64,000 nucleotides of DNA from Ignavibacteria bacterium (GTDB taxonomy: Bacteria > Bacteroidota > Ignavibacteria > Palsa-1295), in assembly GCA_013287605.1 (NCBI GenBank), contig JABDDM010000002.1:1145-65144 (forward strand), written 5' to 3'. The position numbers and the translations under genes were made by a program. Below, piece after piece: positions 29,202 to 39,488 of this stretch (its first letter is position 1; each line of letters starts with the position of its first letter). The notes below the pieces were generated by a model. It did no database searches. It saw nothing but the letters and a program-made list of their open reading frames with translations, and was not told the DNA's origin.

Positions 29202-29255
29202 AAAAAAATCTTCCAGACCCGGGGAAGGTGAGATGTTTCCCCGAGGTCCTGGAAG
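29202..29255 (-). terminator. Long intrinsic terminator of the small-ORF transcript
   Basis: Stem CTTCCAG-ACC-CGGGGAA / TTCCCCG-a-GGT-c-CTGGAAG (29210-29255) with A7 at 29202-29208 (U tail on minus strand). Confidence 0.8.
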
Positions 29256-29397
29256 TCGAGTGTTGCAGTTGCAGGGCAGTGGACATTACCACTTCAGAGG
29301 TATTCCTCCAGAAGATATTGTCCAAAGCCTACAGGATTAAGGATTAAGCATTTTAGCCACAAACCTTTTTTGCCACCACAGCCCGACTTCGATCAGC

Positions 29398-29613
29398 TTA
29401 TCTGATGCCTTCGTCGTAGTCGATATGTACGATCCCCTGCGCCTGATCGTAATAATCGTGGTTGACTTTCGTCATCAGGTCAGTATTGACCTGAATCTGA
29501 TGGATCGCATCCGAGTGATCAGCGGCTAATCCGTTGATCTGAGCGGCCGTCGGCACAGCCCCGCTCCCCGAAATCAGTTGTAAGTATAAAAGAATTTCGA
29601 TTATCTGTAACAT
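29398..29613 (-). CDS. 71-aa protein with hydrophobic N-terminus (possible exported peptide)
   Basis: SD-like CAGGAG 8 nt before the ATG; MLQIIEILLYLQLISG...GIVHIDYDEGIR; own terminator. Confidence 0.75.
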   Translation of the reverse strand: MLQIIEILLYLQLISGSGAVPTAAQINGLAADHSDAIHQIQVNTDLMTKVNHDYYDQAQGIVHIDYDEGIR

Positions 29614-29816
29614 GGCTAATTCTCCTGCTTGGGCTAAAACGATACTATTGTCAACACTCACTTGCAAAACTGCAACATGCAAGCGCCAATTCCTATGGCG
29701 ATTCCTACGTTTCTATTACCAAAATATTCCGCCGGTTTTGTACAATTCCTTGGTCCAACTCTTGACTTTCCTTCTCTATTTTTGTAGATTGCATGCAAAT
29801 TTCAGCAAATTTGGAC

Positions 29817-31349
29817 ATGCAGTACTTACGAGAAATCAGCCAGATCATTACCAATACCCCAAGACAACGCGAAGATATTTTCGTTGATCGAGCCGCCGGA
29901 AGGCCATCCGATCACGTCGCCCGCCTCTATGAAGGGATCCGAAGCGGCAAATACCTATCCGACCAATCGGCAGTTCAGGATATCTACGGCACCGCTCAGA
30001 AACACGGCACGTACGCGGTTTTGAAATCAAGGTTGCGCACGCGCCTGTTAAATTCTCTTTTTGTGCTGGATCCCAAGCCACCACGGTACTCAGAGGGGAC
30101 TCGCGCCTTTTACCAGTGCCACAAAGGACTCTTCTGGGCCAGCGTTCTGCTTCGTTTCGGCGCTCGTAACATCGCGATCCAGATCGCAGAACGAACGCTG
30201 GAGGAAGCCACAACCTACCAGTTTACAAGCATAGTTCTTGAACTATTGTTCTTCCTAAGAGGACACTACAGCCTGCTCGGAAATTACGCGGAGTTCGAGG
30301 CGATCAATACGCGCCTTAACCAAACGTTACAAATGCTCGAAGCCGAATTCCTAAGCCGCGAGTATCTCGAGCGCGTTACCATCAAATTCGCCACTACTGA
30401 GGCCGAGCAGCCCGAGATCGCATCTCTCGCCCGCACCTATTCCGATGCGCTCGATCCCTTGCGGAAGATCTTTGATAATTTCAGTATCAACTTGAATTAC
30501 TATCGCCTTCGAGCGCTAAGCCTGCAGATCGCACAGGAATACGCACCAGCGATCGAAGTATGCGAAGAAGCCGCGCAGTACCTGCGCGGAAATCCGCGAC
30601 TTGTTCTTGGGGTGAACTTGGGAGAGTTCGCGTTGCAAAAGCTTTCCTGTCTTTTGCATCTGCGTGATTACGAGCGTGGTAAGGTTACGGCACAGGAATG
30701 CGCAACACACTTCCCAACTGGCAGCAATAACTGGTTCACGTACATGGAGTACTTTTTTCTCCTGTCCATGCATACAGAGCATTTTGAAGAAGCACATCGC
30801 ATCTACATCGCGGCCACGACGCATGCCCGATTTGCAGGACTCACCGAAACCCGCAAAGAGAAATGGAAGATTTTCGAGCTCTACCTGCAGTATGTTGTTC
30901 AGAGCCTCAATCCCGACACGAGCACAAAGCCCATTGGACGCGCGACCAGAACATTCGATCGCAAGCGCATTTTAAGGATGGTACCAACCTATTCTCGTGA
31001 TAAGTATGGCTACAACATCGCACTGTTGGTCATGCACATTCTTTATCTGCTCGATCAGCACGATCTGGAAGGCATTATCAATCGTATGGAGGCACTGAAA
31101 GCGTATCGAAGCCGGTATCTGACCATGCGCTCCAATCGCCTGAGCGCGCTCTTCTTCAAACTGTTGCTCGTCATGGAAGCAAATTCGTTCGATTACAAAC
31201 GAACAAAACAGAAGGGTGAGAAATACTATCAGCAGCTTCTCATCACCACTCCTGGCTCCGAAGAATTCAACGAAACGTTGCAGGTACTGCCGTTCGATTG
31301 GCTCTGGCTTCACGTGCTGGAAAAGCTGAAAAGACTGAATCCAAATTAG
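29817..31349 (+). CDS. Putative regulator: N-terminal wHTH-like region + TPR-like helical repeats
   Basis: AVQDIYG...YAVLKSRLRTRL recalls the OmpR/SARP recognition helix; the rest is helical with TPR-like A/Y/L spacing; TATTTTTG at 29777-29784. Confidence 0.6.
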   Translation: MQYLREISQIITNTPRQREDIFVDRAAGRPSDHVARLYEGIRSGKYLSDQSAVQDIYGTAQKHGTYAVLKSRLRTRLLNSLFVLDPKPPRYSEGTRAFYQCHKGLFWASVLLRFGARNIAIQIAERTLEEATTYQFTSIVLELLFFLRGHYSLLGNYAEFEAINTRLNQTLQMLEAEFLSREYLERVTIKFATTEAEQPEIASLARTYSDALDPLRKIFDNFSINLNYYRLRALSLQIAQEYAPAIEVCEEAAQYLRGNPRLVLGVNLGEFALQKLSCLLHLRDYERGKVTAQECATHFPTGSNNWFTYMEYFFLLSMHTEHFEEAHRIYIAATTHARFAGLTETRKEKWKIFELYLQYVVQSLNPDTSTKPIGRATRTFDRKRILRMVPTYSRDKYGYNIALLVMHILYLLDQHDLEGIINRMEALKAYRSRYLTMRSNRLSALFFKLLLVMEANSFDYKRTKQKGEKYYQQLLITTPGSEEFNETLQVLPFDWLWLHVLEKLKRLNPN

Positions 31350-31469
31350 CAGCAATCCTGCATGCGCTCTCAACTTCCAGCACTATTTCGAGAGCCTGAA
31401 AGTTGAAACCCAGACGCTTTTGGCAAGTTCGCCCAAAGCTCAAGGATCTATTTTCTTCGCCCAGAGTTC

Positions 31470-34175
31470 ATGGCCAAACAGCAGCAACGTACCCAGCGCA
31501 CTCAGCCGGAGCGCAAAGCTTCACAAAAGTCCTCCTCCCGCAGCCTCGACGATATGCGCGGTGAGCGCACCGGTGACCCGGCGGGTCTCTGGCCCGAGAA
31601 GTGGAAAGATCTTATCTGCATCCTGGTCATCTTTTTTTCGCTGTTGATCTTTTTTAACAAGGTCCTCGACAAAGAGCACACATTCAACGCGCCAGACAAT
31701 GTCGCAAGCGAGAGCTTCAAACCGTTCGTCGAAGCAGCGAAGAAGGACGGGGTCAGTGTCCCGCAATGGATGCCAAATATTTTTTGCGGCATGCCTGCCT
31801 TCGCCGCCCTCGTGGTGACCGGTGAACGGACATACGATGTCGTGCACGAAGTCTTCGACCTCTTCCAGCAAGTGCCGGCAGCGTTAGTCGGCAATTCAGA
31901 TGCGATGACACAGCTCTGGCATTATTTCATACTGGGTATGGGAGTTTACCTCCTGCTGCGAGTTGGACGCAAGACTTCGTGGCTGTCAGCACTGTTTGGT
32001 GCGTTCAGCGCTATGTTTTCGACGTGGATCATCACCTACGTTATGATCGGGCACAATACAAAAGTGTTTGCCATCATGACGATGCCCTACATCTTCCTGG
32101 CGGTCGAAAAATTGCGCGTCGAAAAACTTGGATGGCGAACGGCAGTCTTCTGGTCGGCGATTCTCGCGATTGCTGTCCACTTCTTGCTTGAATCGACGCA
32201 CATGCAGATGGTATTTTACATCTTCCTTGCGTTGCTCATCTATTTCATCGTCGGACTGATCACCGATCTTATTCGGAAGTCAGGTGCAATGAGTACGATT
32301 CGCGCAGGAGTGATAGCTCTATGCATGGTAGGTCTCGCATTCGCTATGAGCGCTGATCGCTATCTGGCGACGCTTGGCTATGAACCATACTCGATTCGCG
32401 GTTCGGCACCAATTGTTGATACAAAAACTACCTCAGCCAAGCCTGCAGCGAGCACTGCTGGCGTAGACAAAAGCGGCGGGCTCGATTGGAATTACGCAAC
32501 GCAATGGTCATTTTCACCTGGCGAGATGATCACTTTCATCGTACCAGCCTGGTTTGGCTTCGGCAAATTGCCCTATTCCGGCAGCGACCTTAACGTCCCT
32601 GAAGGCACGCCAATACCAACCTACTGGGGTCAGATGAACGGAACGGATGCCGCCAATTATACTGGCATCATTGTATTCTTCCTTGCGCTCATCGGCATCA
32701 TTGCGCTTTGGAAGCGAGACCGCCTGGTACCAGCGCTTGCGATCATCAGCTTGTTTGCGCTGGTGCTTTCATTTGGAGGAAACATGCCGATCCTCTATGG
32801 TCCGATGTTCCATGCGTTTCCGATGTTCGACAAATTTCGAGCACCAATGATGGCGCTCGTCCTGATGCAGCTAAGCTTTCCAATCATCGCTGCACTCATG
32901 CTCGAAGAAATTTTTCGCGTATGGAAGAATCGTGACAGAGCGGAAGCTGTGCAGCTTGAAAAATATTTCAAGTACGCGATGATCGTCGCCGCTGTGTTGC
33001 TCGTCATCTTCGTCGTTGGCCGCGGCGGGTTCGAGGGTTCGATCAAAAACTCGATTACAAAGAGCGGAAAGCCTTATGTATCAACGATCCCAGCGCTTGG
33101 AGAGCTTGCCGCATCGACGGCAATGAACGATGCATTGATCGGCATGCTGATCGCGGCAATCGCTTGTGGCCTCGTTTGGTGGTTTATCAAAAAGCAATCG
33201 ATCTCCCCACTCATTCTCGGCCTTGCAATCTTCACGCTCTCCGCGATCGATCTTTGGAGAATCGATAGCCGTCCCTTCGATGTGACGACGCGCTCGGATT
33301 ACGAGAACAATTTCAAAGATCACGATTATGTGAACTTCATCAAGCAGGACAAGTCCCTCTTTCGAATCCTCGATTTGAACGAGCCAATGTCGAACGTACC
33401 CGTAAGCTGGGGGTTGCAAACGATCGCTGGCTATCATGCAGCAAAGATGCGCGAGTATCAGGATGTTGTTGATGTCACTGGCGATGGCGCCGGCAATGCG
33501 ATCGTCAATCCGTATATGTGGAATCTGCTGAACACGAAATACATCATTGCGAACGGTGGCATCTCAGAGGACAGGAATCGCTTCGTGCCCGTATTCCAAT
33601 CGAGAGAGCCCGCAGCTGCCGGTCAGGATGGCAAGCCGGGTCAGGCGACACTCGTGTGGATGAATCCACAAGCACTCCCGAGGGTATTCCTTGTGTCAAA
33701 CTATGAAGTTCGTGCGCCGCTCGACATTCTACACGCAATGCATGACGGCGCCTTCGATCCGCGTCAACTTGTTCTCTTCGACAAGTCGCCTCAAGGACTC
33801 GGTGCGCTTCCCGGCACGCCGGTCGATACGACGAAAGAGCACGCAGAAATCACGGGCTATAAGAACGAGTCGATCGAGATCAAAGCAAGTGCTGCGACTG
33901 ACCGCTTGCTCTTTATGTCCGAAACATGGTATCCCGATTGGAGTGCAACAATCGATGGAAAGCCAACAACTATTTATAAGGCAGACTACGCATTTCGCGC
34001 GATCAAAGTACCTGCTGGCGATCACACCTTTAAACTTACGTTTGAGGACCCACATTACAAAACAGGTCGCGCAATCTCGCTCACAGCGAACATCCTCGCT
34101 ATCGCAGGCCTCATCGCTGGTCTTGGAAGCGTGTTAAGCGGGAAAAAGAAAGAAAGCGAAGAAAGCGCTGCGTAA
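31470..34175 (+). CDS. YfhO-family (GT-C) membrane protein
   Basis: WMPNIFCGMP, GHNTK, KFRAP, GYHAAK, ALPRVF, SETWYPDW, AIKVPAGDH. Confidence 0.92.
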   Translation: MAKQQQRTQRTQPERKASQKSSSRSLDDMRGERTGDPAGLWPEKWKDLICILVIFFSLLIFFNKVLDKEHTFNAPDNVASESFKPFVEAAKKDGVSVPQWMPNIFCGMPAFAALVVTGERTYDVVHEVFDLFQQVPAALVGNSDAMTQLWHYFILGMGVYLLLRVGRKTSWLSALFGAFSAMFSTWIITYVMIGHNTKVFAIMTMPYIFLAVEKLRVEKLGWRTAVFWSAILAIAVHFLLESTHMQMVFYIFLALLIYFIVGLITDLIRKSGAMSTIRAGVIALCMVGLAFAMSADRYLATLGYEPYSIRGSAPIVDTKTTSAKPAASTAGVDKSGGLDWNYATQWSFSPGEMITFIVPAWFGFGKLPYSGSDLNVPEGTPIPTYWGQMNGTDAANYTGIIVFFLALIGIIALWKRDRLVPALAIISLFALVLSFGGNMPILYGPMFHAFPMFDKFRAPMMALVLMQLSFPIIAALMLEEIFRVWKNRDRAEAVQLEKYFKYAMIVAAVLLVIFVVGRGGFEGSIKNSITKSGKPYVSTIPALGELAASTAMNDALIGMLIAAIACGLVWWFIKKQSISPLILGLAIFTLSAIDLWRIDSRPFDVTTRSDYENNFKDHDYVNFIKQDKSLFRILDLNEPMSNVPVSWGLQTIAGYHAAKMREYQDVVDVTGDGAGNAIVNPYMWNLLNTKYIIANGGISEDRNRFVPVFQSREPAAAGQDGKPGQATLVWMNPQALPRVFLVSNYEVRAPLDILHAMHDGAFDPRQLVLFDKSPQGLGALPGTPVDTTKEHAEITGYKNESIEIKASAATDRLLFMSETWYPDWSATIDGKPTTIYKADYAFRAIKVPAGDHTFKLTFEDPHYKTGRAISLTANILAIAGLIAGLGSVLSGKKKESEESAA

Positions 34176-34221
34176 AAGATGTGAGTTAGGCACGACGGAC
34201 TGCGGTTGAAGTATTTGACAT

Positions 34222-34671
34222 TCACTTCTTATACGATCGTCTAACCTCTGGCAGCAACGCCACAAAAATAATGGCGATAGCAAAGAACATGTAGAAGGTA
34301 TGCAGCCAGCTAACGCCTTGGAGAAACACCATTTCGAGTTGTATCCAAATGATTAGTGCAAAGGCAATGTAGATGCTGTAGGTCCATGACCAGTGCATAT
34401 CCTTGTAGAAATTAAGTTGCTCGGCAATTTTGCTTTCTGGCTTTCCTAGCAACGCGAAGATCAGGAGACTGGGAGCAAGCCCAAGCACCAGGAATAGGAT
34501 GATCCCTGGCACGAGGAAGCTACTGAATGGCGACTTTTCCAGCATTGACAAAGGCATTCCAATGAGCTCGCCAGTTGGAGAAATGCTCAAAATTCCACCG
34601 CCAAAAATTGCTCCCAATCCGAGGAACGCTAATAAGAACAGAAGGACATTCCGCTGCGATTTCATTTGCAT
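34222..34671 (-). CDS. Four-TM hypothetical membrane protein
   Basis: GAIFGG...PFSSFLVPGIILF...LIIWI; hydrophobic. Confidence 0.8.
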   Translation of the reverse strand: MQMKSQRNVLLFLLAFLGLGAIFGGGILSISPTGELIGMPLSMLEKSPFSSFLVPGIILFLVLGLAPSLLIFALLGKPESKIAEQLNFYKDMHWSWTYSIYIAFALIIWIQLEMVFLQGVSWLHTFYMFFAIAIIFVALLPEVRRSYKK

Positions 34672-34762
34672 AACCTCTCATTGATTGATGGCTGCATGTC
34701 TAGTCTAGAGCTCCTGGCGAACCCCGATTGGATATGTAAGATGCAATTGAAGAGGAGAGCCC

Positions 34763-35536
34763 CTATCTCCGATCGACTACCGTCGCACTTGCCTGGGATG
34801 TGGGGAAGATGATTATCTCCGCTATCTGCACATGCGCTGGTCGGCTAACCGACCAGATAATCGCATCAGCGATATCCGCAGGTGAGAGTGGCGTGAAACC
34901 CTGATATACTTTTTCCGCGCGTTCTTTATCGCCGTGAAATCGGACTTCGGAGAATTCCGTCTCGACAAGACCCGGGTCGATTGTTGTCACGCGTATTGGT
35001 GTGTCGACCACATCGAGTCGCAACCCTTTTGTAATTGCATCGACCGCAAACTTCGAAGCACAATAGACATTACCCTTCGGATACACTTCGTGTCCAGCGA
35101 TCGATCCGATGTTAATCACGTGTCCCCGGTTACGATTGACCATTCCCGGTACCACAGCGCGCGTTACGTAGAGCACTCCTTTGACATTCGTGTCAAGCAT
35201 TTCCTCCCAGTCGTTGATATTGCTCTCGTGCAGTTTGTCAAGACCGCGTGAAAGTCCGGCGTTATTGAGCAGGATCTCGATCTCGCTCCATTCAGCCGGC
35301 AATCCCGCGATCACAGCGAGCACGGCTTCGCGGTCGCGTACATCGAGCTGAAAGGAATAGACCTTCACATCAGGATGAAGCGCAGCTATCTCAGCCTTCA
35401 GCGCCTCCAATCGATCCACGCGTCGTGCACAAAGAAGAAGTCTTGCGCCCGCATTTGCGAACGCTATTGCGGATGCACGTCCGATACCACTTGAAGCACC
35501 GGTTATGAAAACAAGCTTATTCTTTAACTCTTGCAT
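34763..35536 (-). CDS. SDR oxidoreductase (YdfG-like)
   Basis: TGASSGIG, NNAG, YCASK, PGLVETEFS. Confidence 0.95.
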   Translation of the reverse strand: MQELKNKLVFITGASSGIGRASAIAFANAGARLLLCARRVDRLEALKAEIAALHPDVKVYSFQLDVRDREAVLAVIAGLPAEWSEIEILLNNAGLSRGLDKLHESNINDWEEMLDTNVKGVLYVTRAVVPGMVNRNRGHVINIGSIAGHEVYPKGNVYCASKFAVDAITKGLRLDVVDTPIRVTTIDPGLVETEFSEVRFHGDKERAEKVYQGFTPLSPADIADAIIWSVSRPAHVQIAEIIIFPTSQASATVVDRR

Positions 35537-35606
35537 ACGTGAAAGGTGAGCGAACTTGAATTCGCATTTGAAATTGCGTCAAAGATCTTGCTAACGAGAA
35601 GTCTCT

Positions 35607-36740
35607 TTACGCCGTCTCTTTTTTCTCCTGCCAGCTTTCCCAGTATTCTTTCCATTCCACAGCTTCGGCGGCGGGGGCAATTGTCAAAGGGTGGCGAGCA
35701 TCGATCATCATTGCCATTTCATTTGTGCGCTTGAGCTTATCCTGGTTACGCAATGCCTTCGGATGCGGCCCATGATGGATACCTTGCGGATGCAACGTCA
35801 TCATTGCCGCTTCGATGTTATCTCGCGAGAAAAAATCGCCATCATGATAGAAGAGCACTTCATCGTAATCGGAATTGCGATGATAGAAGGGTACTTTCAG
35901 CGTGTCCTGATCTTCTTCAAGTGGGCGTGGCAAAAATGAGCATACAACAAAGTTCTCCGCTAAGAAAGTGGTGTGAACCGGTGGTGGTAAGTGGACACGC
36001 GGAGACATCACAGGACGGATGTCGCGCATGTTGATCTTGAATACAGTTAGATCGCCTCGCCACCCGACGATATCAATTGGATGATAAGGGTAAAAGACCG
36101 AGGTCCATTCACCAAGTCGTTTGATGCGGATCTCGTACTCTTTGCCGTTTGATGGCGTCTCAGTATATTCAGTAAATTCAGGGATCGTCAGCGCACCGTT
36201 ATCGTAAAGCGCGTGCATTCCCATAAGACCCTTCTGTTCAGGAGTCGGCGGAAGAATTTCTGAATGCGCTTCTACGTGCACAAAGAAATTATCCTTTGTT
36301 GAGGGTACAAACCGATATGTTGTCGCGCGCGGGATCACGATGTAATCGCCTTTCTCGTAATCGAGGACACCGAAATCAGTCTCGAGCTTACCTTCGCCCA
36401 GATGTACGAAATAGAGTTCGTCGCCATCTGCATTGCGATAGTATGCAGGCGAAGCTTCAGCACGTCGAGAGATCGAGATGATAAGATCATCATTGTAAAG
36501 GATCGGCACAGACCACCCGTTCTTATCCTTCAGATCAGTCGGCTTGACTTTGTCAAGATAGAATGCATGAGGACGTAGCTTCCCCTCAATTCGAGACCAG
36601 CCAGTCGGAGGGTGGGCATGATACAAATGCGACACACGTCCAAAAAAACCTTCTCTGCCGTGCTCTTCCTCAAACGTCCCCTCCGGAAGCCCAACGTGCG
36701 GCTGCCTCGTGGCACGGCCCTTCATGATCGGAAAATTCAT
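35607..36740 (-). CDS. hmgA: Homogentisate 1,2-dioxygenase
   Basis: RNADGDE, DIVGWRG, HLPPPVH, PFYHRNSDYDE, HPQGIHHGP. Confidence 0.92.
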   Translation of the reverse strand: MNFPIMKGRATRQPHVGLPEGTFEEEHGREGFFGRVSHLYHAHPPTGWSRIEGKLRPHAFYLDKVKPTDLKDKNGWSVPILYNDDLIISISRRAEASPAYYRNADGDELYFVHLGEGKLETDFGVLDYEKGDYIVIPRATTYRFVPSTKDNFFVHVEAHSEILPPTPEQKGLMGMHALYDNGALTIPEFTEYTETPSNGKEYEIRIKRLGEWTSVFYPYHPIDIVGWRGDLTVFKINMRDIRPVMSPRVHLPPPVHTTFLAENFVVCSFLPRPLEEDQDTLKVPFYHRNSDYDEVLFYHDGDFFSRDNIEAAMMTLHPQGIHHGPHPKALRNQDKLKRTNEMAMMIDARHPLTIAPAAEAVEWKEYWESWQEKKETA

Positions 36741-36846
36741 ATATCCTCCAAAGTCGAGTGATGATCGCTTATGCAAACTTCATCGGGCAAAGATTGGATT
36801 CAGGCTGTAAATTTGACCTGCTAAAATCATAAGCTCTTCGTATCTC

Positions 36847-37191
36847 ATGGACCGTGAAGCAATTCGCAAATATTGTCTCAGCTTCCCTGGCGCCACCGAG
36901 CAGATCCAGTGGGGCGACGATCTCGTTTTCAAAGTCGGCGCCAAAATGTTCGCGGTGACGGGACTCGGACCGGAATTCCATCTTTCATTCAAATCTGACG
37001 CGGAAGACTTCGCCAAACTAGTCGAACGAGAAGACATCATCCCAGCGCCTTATCTCGCGAAACATCTTTGGGTAGCACTTCGCTCGGAGAAGGCGTTGAG
37101 CACGAAAGAGTTCAAGGAGCTCTTGCGCAAGAGCTATGATCTCGTGGTTGAGAAATTGCCGAAGAAGATTCGGACCTCTTTGAAACAGTAG
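36847..37191 (+). CDS. MmcQ/YjbR-family protein
   Basis: YCLSFPGATE, VFKVGAKMFA, PAPYLAKHLWV, SYDLV; TAAATTTG at 36808-36815. Confidence 0.93.
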   Translation: MDREAIRKYCLSFPGATEQIQWGDDLVFKVGAKMFAVTGLGPEFHLSFKSDAEDFAKLVEREDIIPAPYLAKHLWVALRSEKALSTKEFKELLRKSYDLVVEKLPKKIRTSLKQ

Positions 37192-37272
37192 ATCAACCGG
37201 CATCTTCTTGTAACTATTGAAGCCTTCGACGTTATTACTACTATGTCGGACTCATCTGTCCCCAGGTAGACC

Positions 37273-39309
37273 ATGGTATCCCTTCGTACTCTCGCACTCC
37301 TTGTCTTTCTTTTCTCGACCAATGCGTCAGTAGGATTCGCGCAATGGACTCAGATTGCCTCGTTTCCATCCTTCGTCAGAGTCATCCGCTTTCTAGACTC
37401 CCCAGGTGCATCTCACATTGGCTTTCTCGGAACTGGTCTCGGTCACGTTTTCAAGACTACTGACTATGGCGCAACTTGGATCCAGAGTTCGATCAACACT
37501 GGAAACGTATCTGTCTCCGAGTTCACGTTCAAGGATTCGACTACGGGCTGGCTCACGACGAAAGTATTGTCCTCTGGATCTGTTAATGGTGAAGTCTTTA
37601 TGACGCACGATGGTGGGCTAAACTGGGTCGCCCTCAACCATACCGGCACATTATCCTCGATTTATTACAACAGGTCATCCAAGCTTCTCTTCTTATCCGA
37701 TTGGAACGCGGGAGAACTTGTGTCGAATGATGAGGGACAAACTTTCAATGTGCTTAGCACGGGCACATACTTCAATGGCATCCAATTCCCCAATGATCAG
37801 AATGGAATAATCGCTGCAGCTGGATCTGGAGGCTTCGTCCTCGTGACGACCGATGCAGGACTGACATGGGCCAACGTCGGGCCTGACGACGAGACGTGGC
37901 AACCGGCTTCCTCCGCCACTGGCAATTTCTACGAGTTAAGCGAAATAACCAACCGCGTTTATCGCTCGACCGACCAAGGACACAATTGGTCATTCCGCTA
38001 CAGGTTCTCCAGCGGATTCGCGACTGGCTTGACAGGCTGCCTACGCGCCTCGTCGTGCGACGATATCTTCACCCAATCATTGAATGAAGGATTCTTCCTT
38101 TCGACTGATGAGGGCGATTCCTGGACCGCGTTCGGTGGACCTGGCAACGCGATCGATTCGAGATTCTGGATATCTGACTCAAAAATCTTCGCAGGTGATA
38201 CAGGCGGTGGACTGTTTACGCACCCGCTTCCCTCCAAAGCAAGCTTTGACATTTTGCCTGCGAATATTGAATATCAAATCGTGAGTTGTCCAACGCAAGA
38301 TTCCATCTTACATTTCGATGTAAGCAGTTGTTCAGGGATCGGTGACTCTTTGATCGATGCAAATATTCTAGGTTCATCTCGATTCAAGCTGGTCAACACA
38401 CTCGCACTGCCTCGCAAGACGTTCGTCAACGATTCCCTCACGATCGAATACACTCCATCCCTCAGCAATCATGACAGCTCAACGTTGGTCTTGAGATTCC
38501 TGGTTGGTGGCAAAACGATCGATACAGTGGTCCCGCTCGTCGCAAGACACATGAGACAACCAGAACAACTTCATCCAATCATACGATTTGACAGCGATAA
38601 GAAGGCAGTTTCAATTGTCGCTCCCGAGAAGATCGATGCTGTGATCGCACTTGATGACACGTTAACTGCGCCCACATTTCTAACGGACCTCGATGTTTTC
38701 CTACACTATGACAGTGACGCACTGACGCAATTGGGTATCATCACAACCTATCAAGGCTGGGTCGCCAGTAATCTCTCTCAACAGACAGGAATCCTGAGCT
38801 TCCATCTTCACCGAACGATCATAGCAAGAATTGAAAAGGATTCAGCTTTGGCGCGTATAAAGTTTTCATCCTCTGTTTCGCCCAACGCATTCTCTCCCAT
38901 TTCAATATCTCAGTTCCTCTACAATCAGGATACGATGGCAACCGATAATTGCACGTACCTTCTTTCCTCAAAGCACGACAGCGTGATGGTCAATATCGGC
39001 TCGATTTGCTCCGACAGTACGCTGAGAACTGCTTTGCGTGGCGAACCAGTGCTCCTGCTTCTTGGAATTTCTCCCAATCCCGCTTCCGATCATTTGAATG
39101 TGTCTATCCAACTCCCCCAAGCCAGTGAAATTGATGTAATCCTCGAAGACATGCTTGGACGAATTGTTGCAATATTGCATCAGGGTGAACTCACGACTGG
39201 CGTGCACGAGCTCAGCCTACCATTCAAGTTGCCTTCGGGGATTTACAATGTTGGGATCACCGTCAATGGCGCTGCTCAGGTAAATGCCCGGATGGTAGTC
39301 GCGAAATAA
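37273..39309 (+). CDS. BNR/Ycf48-like beta-propeller protein with T9SS CTD
   Basis: Asp-boxes (TTDYGATW, THDGGLNW, STDQGHNW, STDEGDSW); CTD ISPNPASD...DMLGR...LPSGIY. Confidence 0.9.
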   Translation: MVSLRTLALLVFLFSTNASVGFAQWTQIASFPSFVRVIRFLDSPGASHIGFLGTGLGHVFKTTDYGATWIQSSINTGNVSVSEFTFKDSTTGWLTTKVLSSGSVNGEVFMTHDGGLNWVALNHTGTLSSIYYNRSSKLLFLSDWNAGELVSNDEGQTFNVLSTGTYFNGIQFPNDQNGIIAAAGSGGFVLVTTDAGLTWANVGPDDETWQPASSATGNFYELSEITNRVYRSTDQGHNWSFRYRFSSGFATGLTGCLRASSCDDIFTQSLNEGFFLSTDEGDSWTAFGGPGNAIDSRFWISDSKIFAGDTGGGLFTHPLPSKASFDILPANIEYQIVSCPTQDSILHFDVSSCSGIGDSLIDANILGSSRFKLVNTLALPRKTFVNDSLTIEYTPSLSNHDSSTLVLRFLVGGKTIDTVVPLVARHMRQPEQLHPIIRFDSDKKAVSIVAPEKIDAVIALDDTLTAPTFLTDLDVFLHYDSDALTQLGIITTYQGWVASNLSQQTGILSFHLHRTIIARIEKDSALARIKFSSSVSPNAFSPISISQFLYNQDTMATDNCTYLLSSKHDSVMVNIGSICSDSTLRTALRGEPVLLLLGISPNPASDHLNVSIQLPQASEIDVILEDMLGRIVAILHQGELTTGVHELSLPFKLPSGIYNVGITVNGAAQVNARMVVAK

Positions 39310-39488
39310 GCCCGCTTCCTGGGGCAAATCGCACCAAAAGCCTGAAAATCCGTTAGTTTTGTATACTATTCGGTCGTGCTAGAATAGTGCTGGCTGATCA
39401 TTAAACCTTCTTTGCTCTGTTTGCTCTAATGGATGTGGACGAGATCTGGACACACCTGATTGGCGGCCCCGAGTGAAGAGAGATATGC

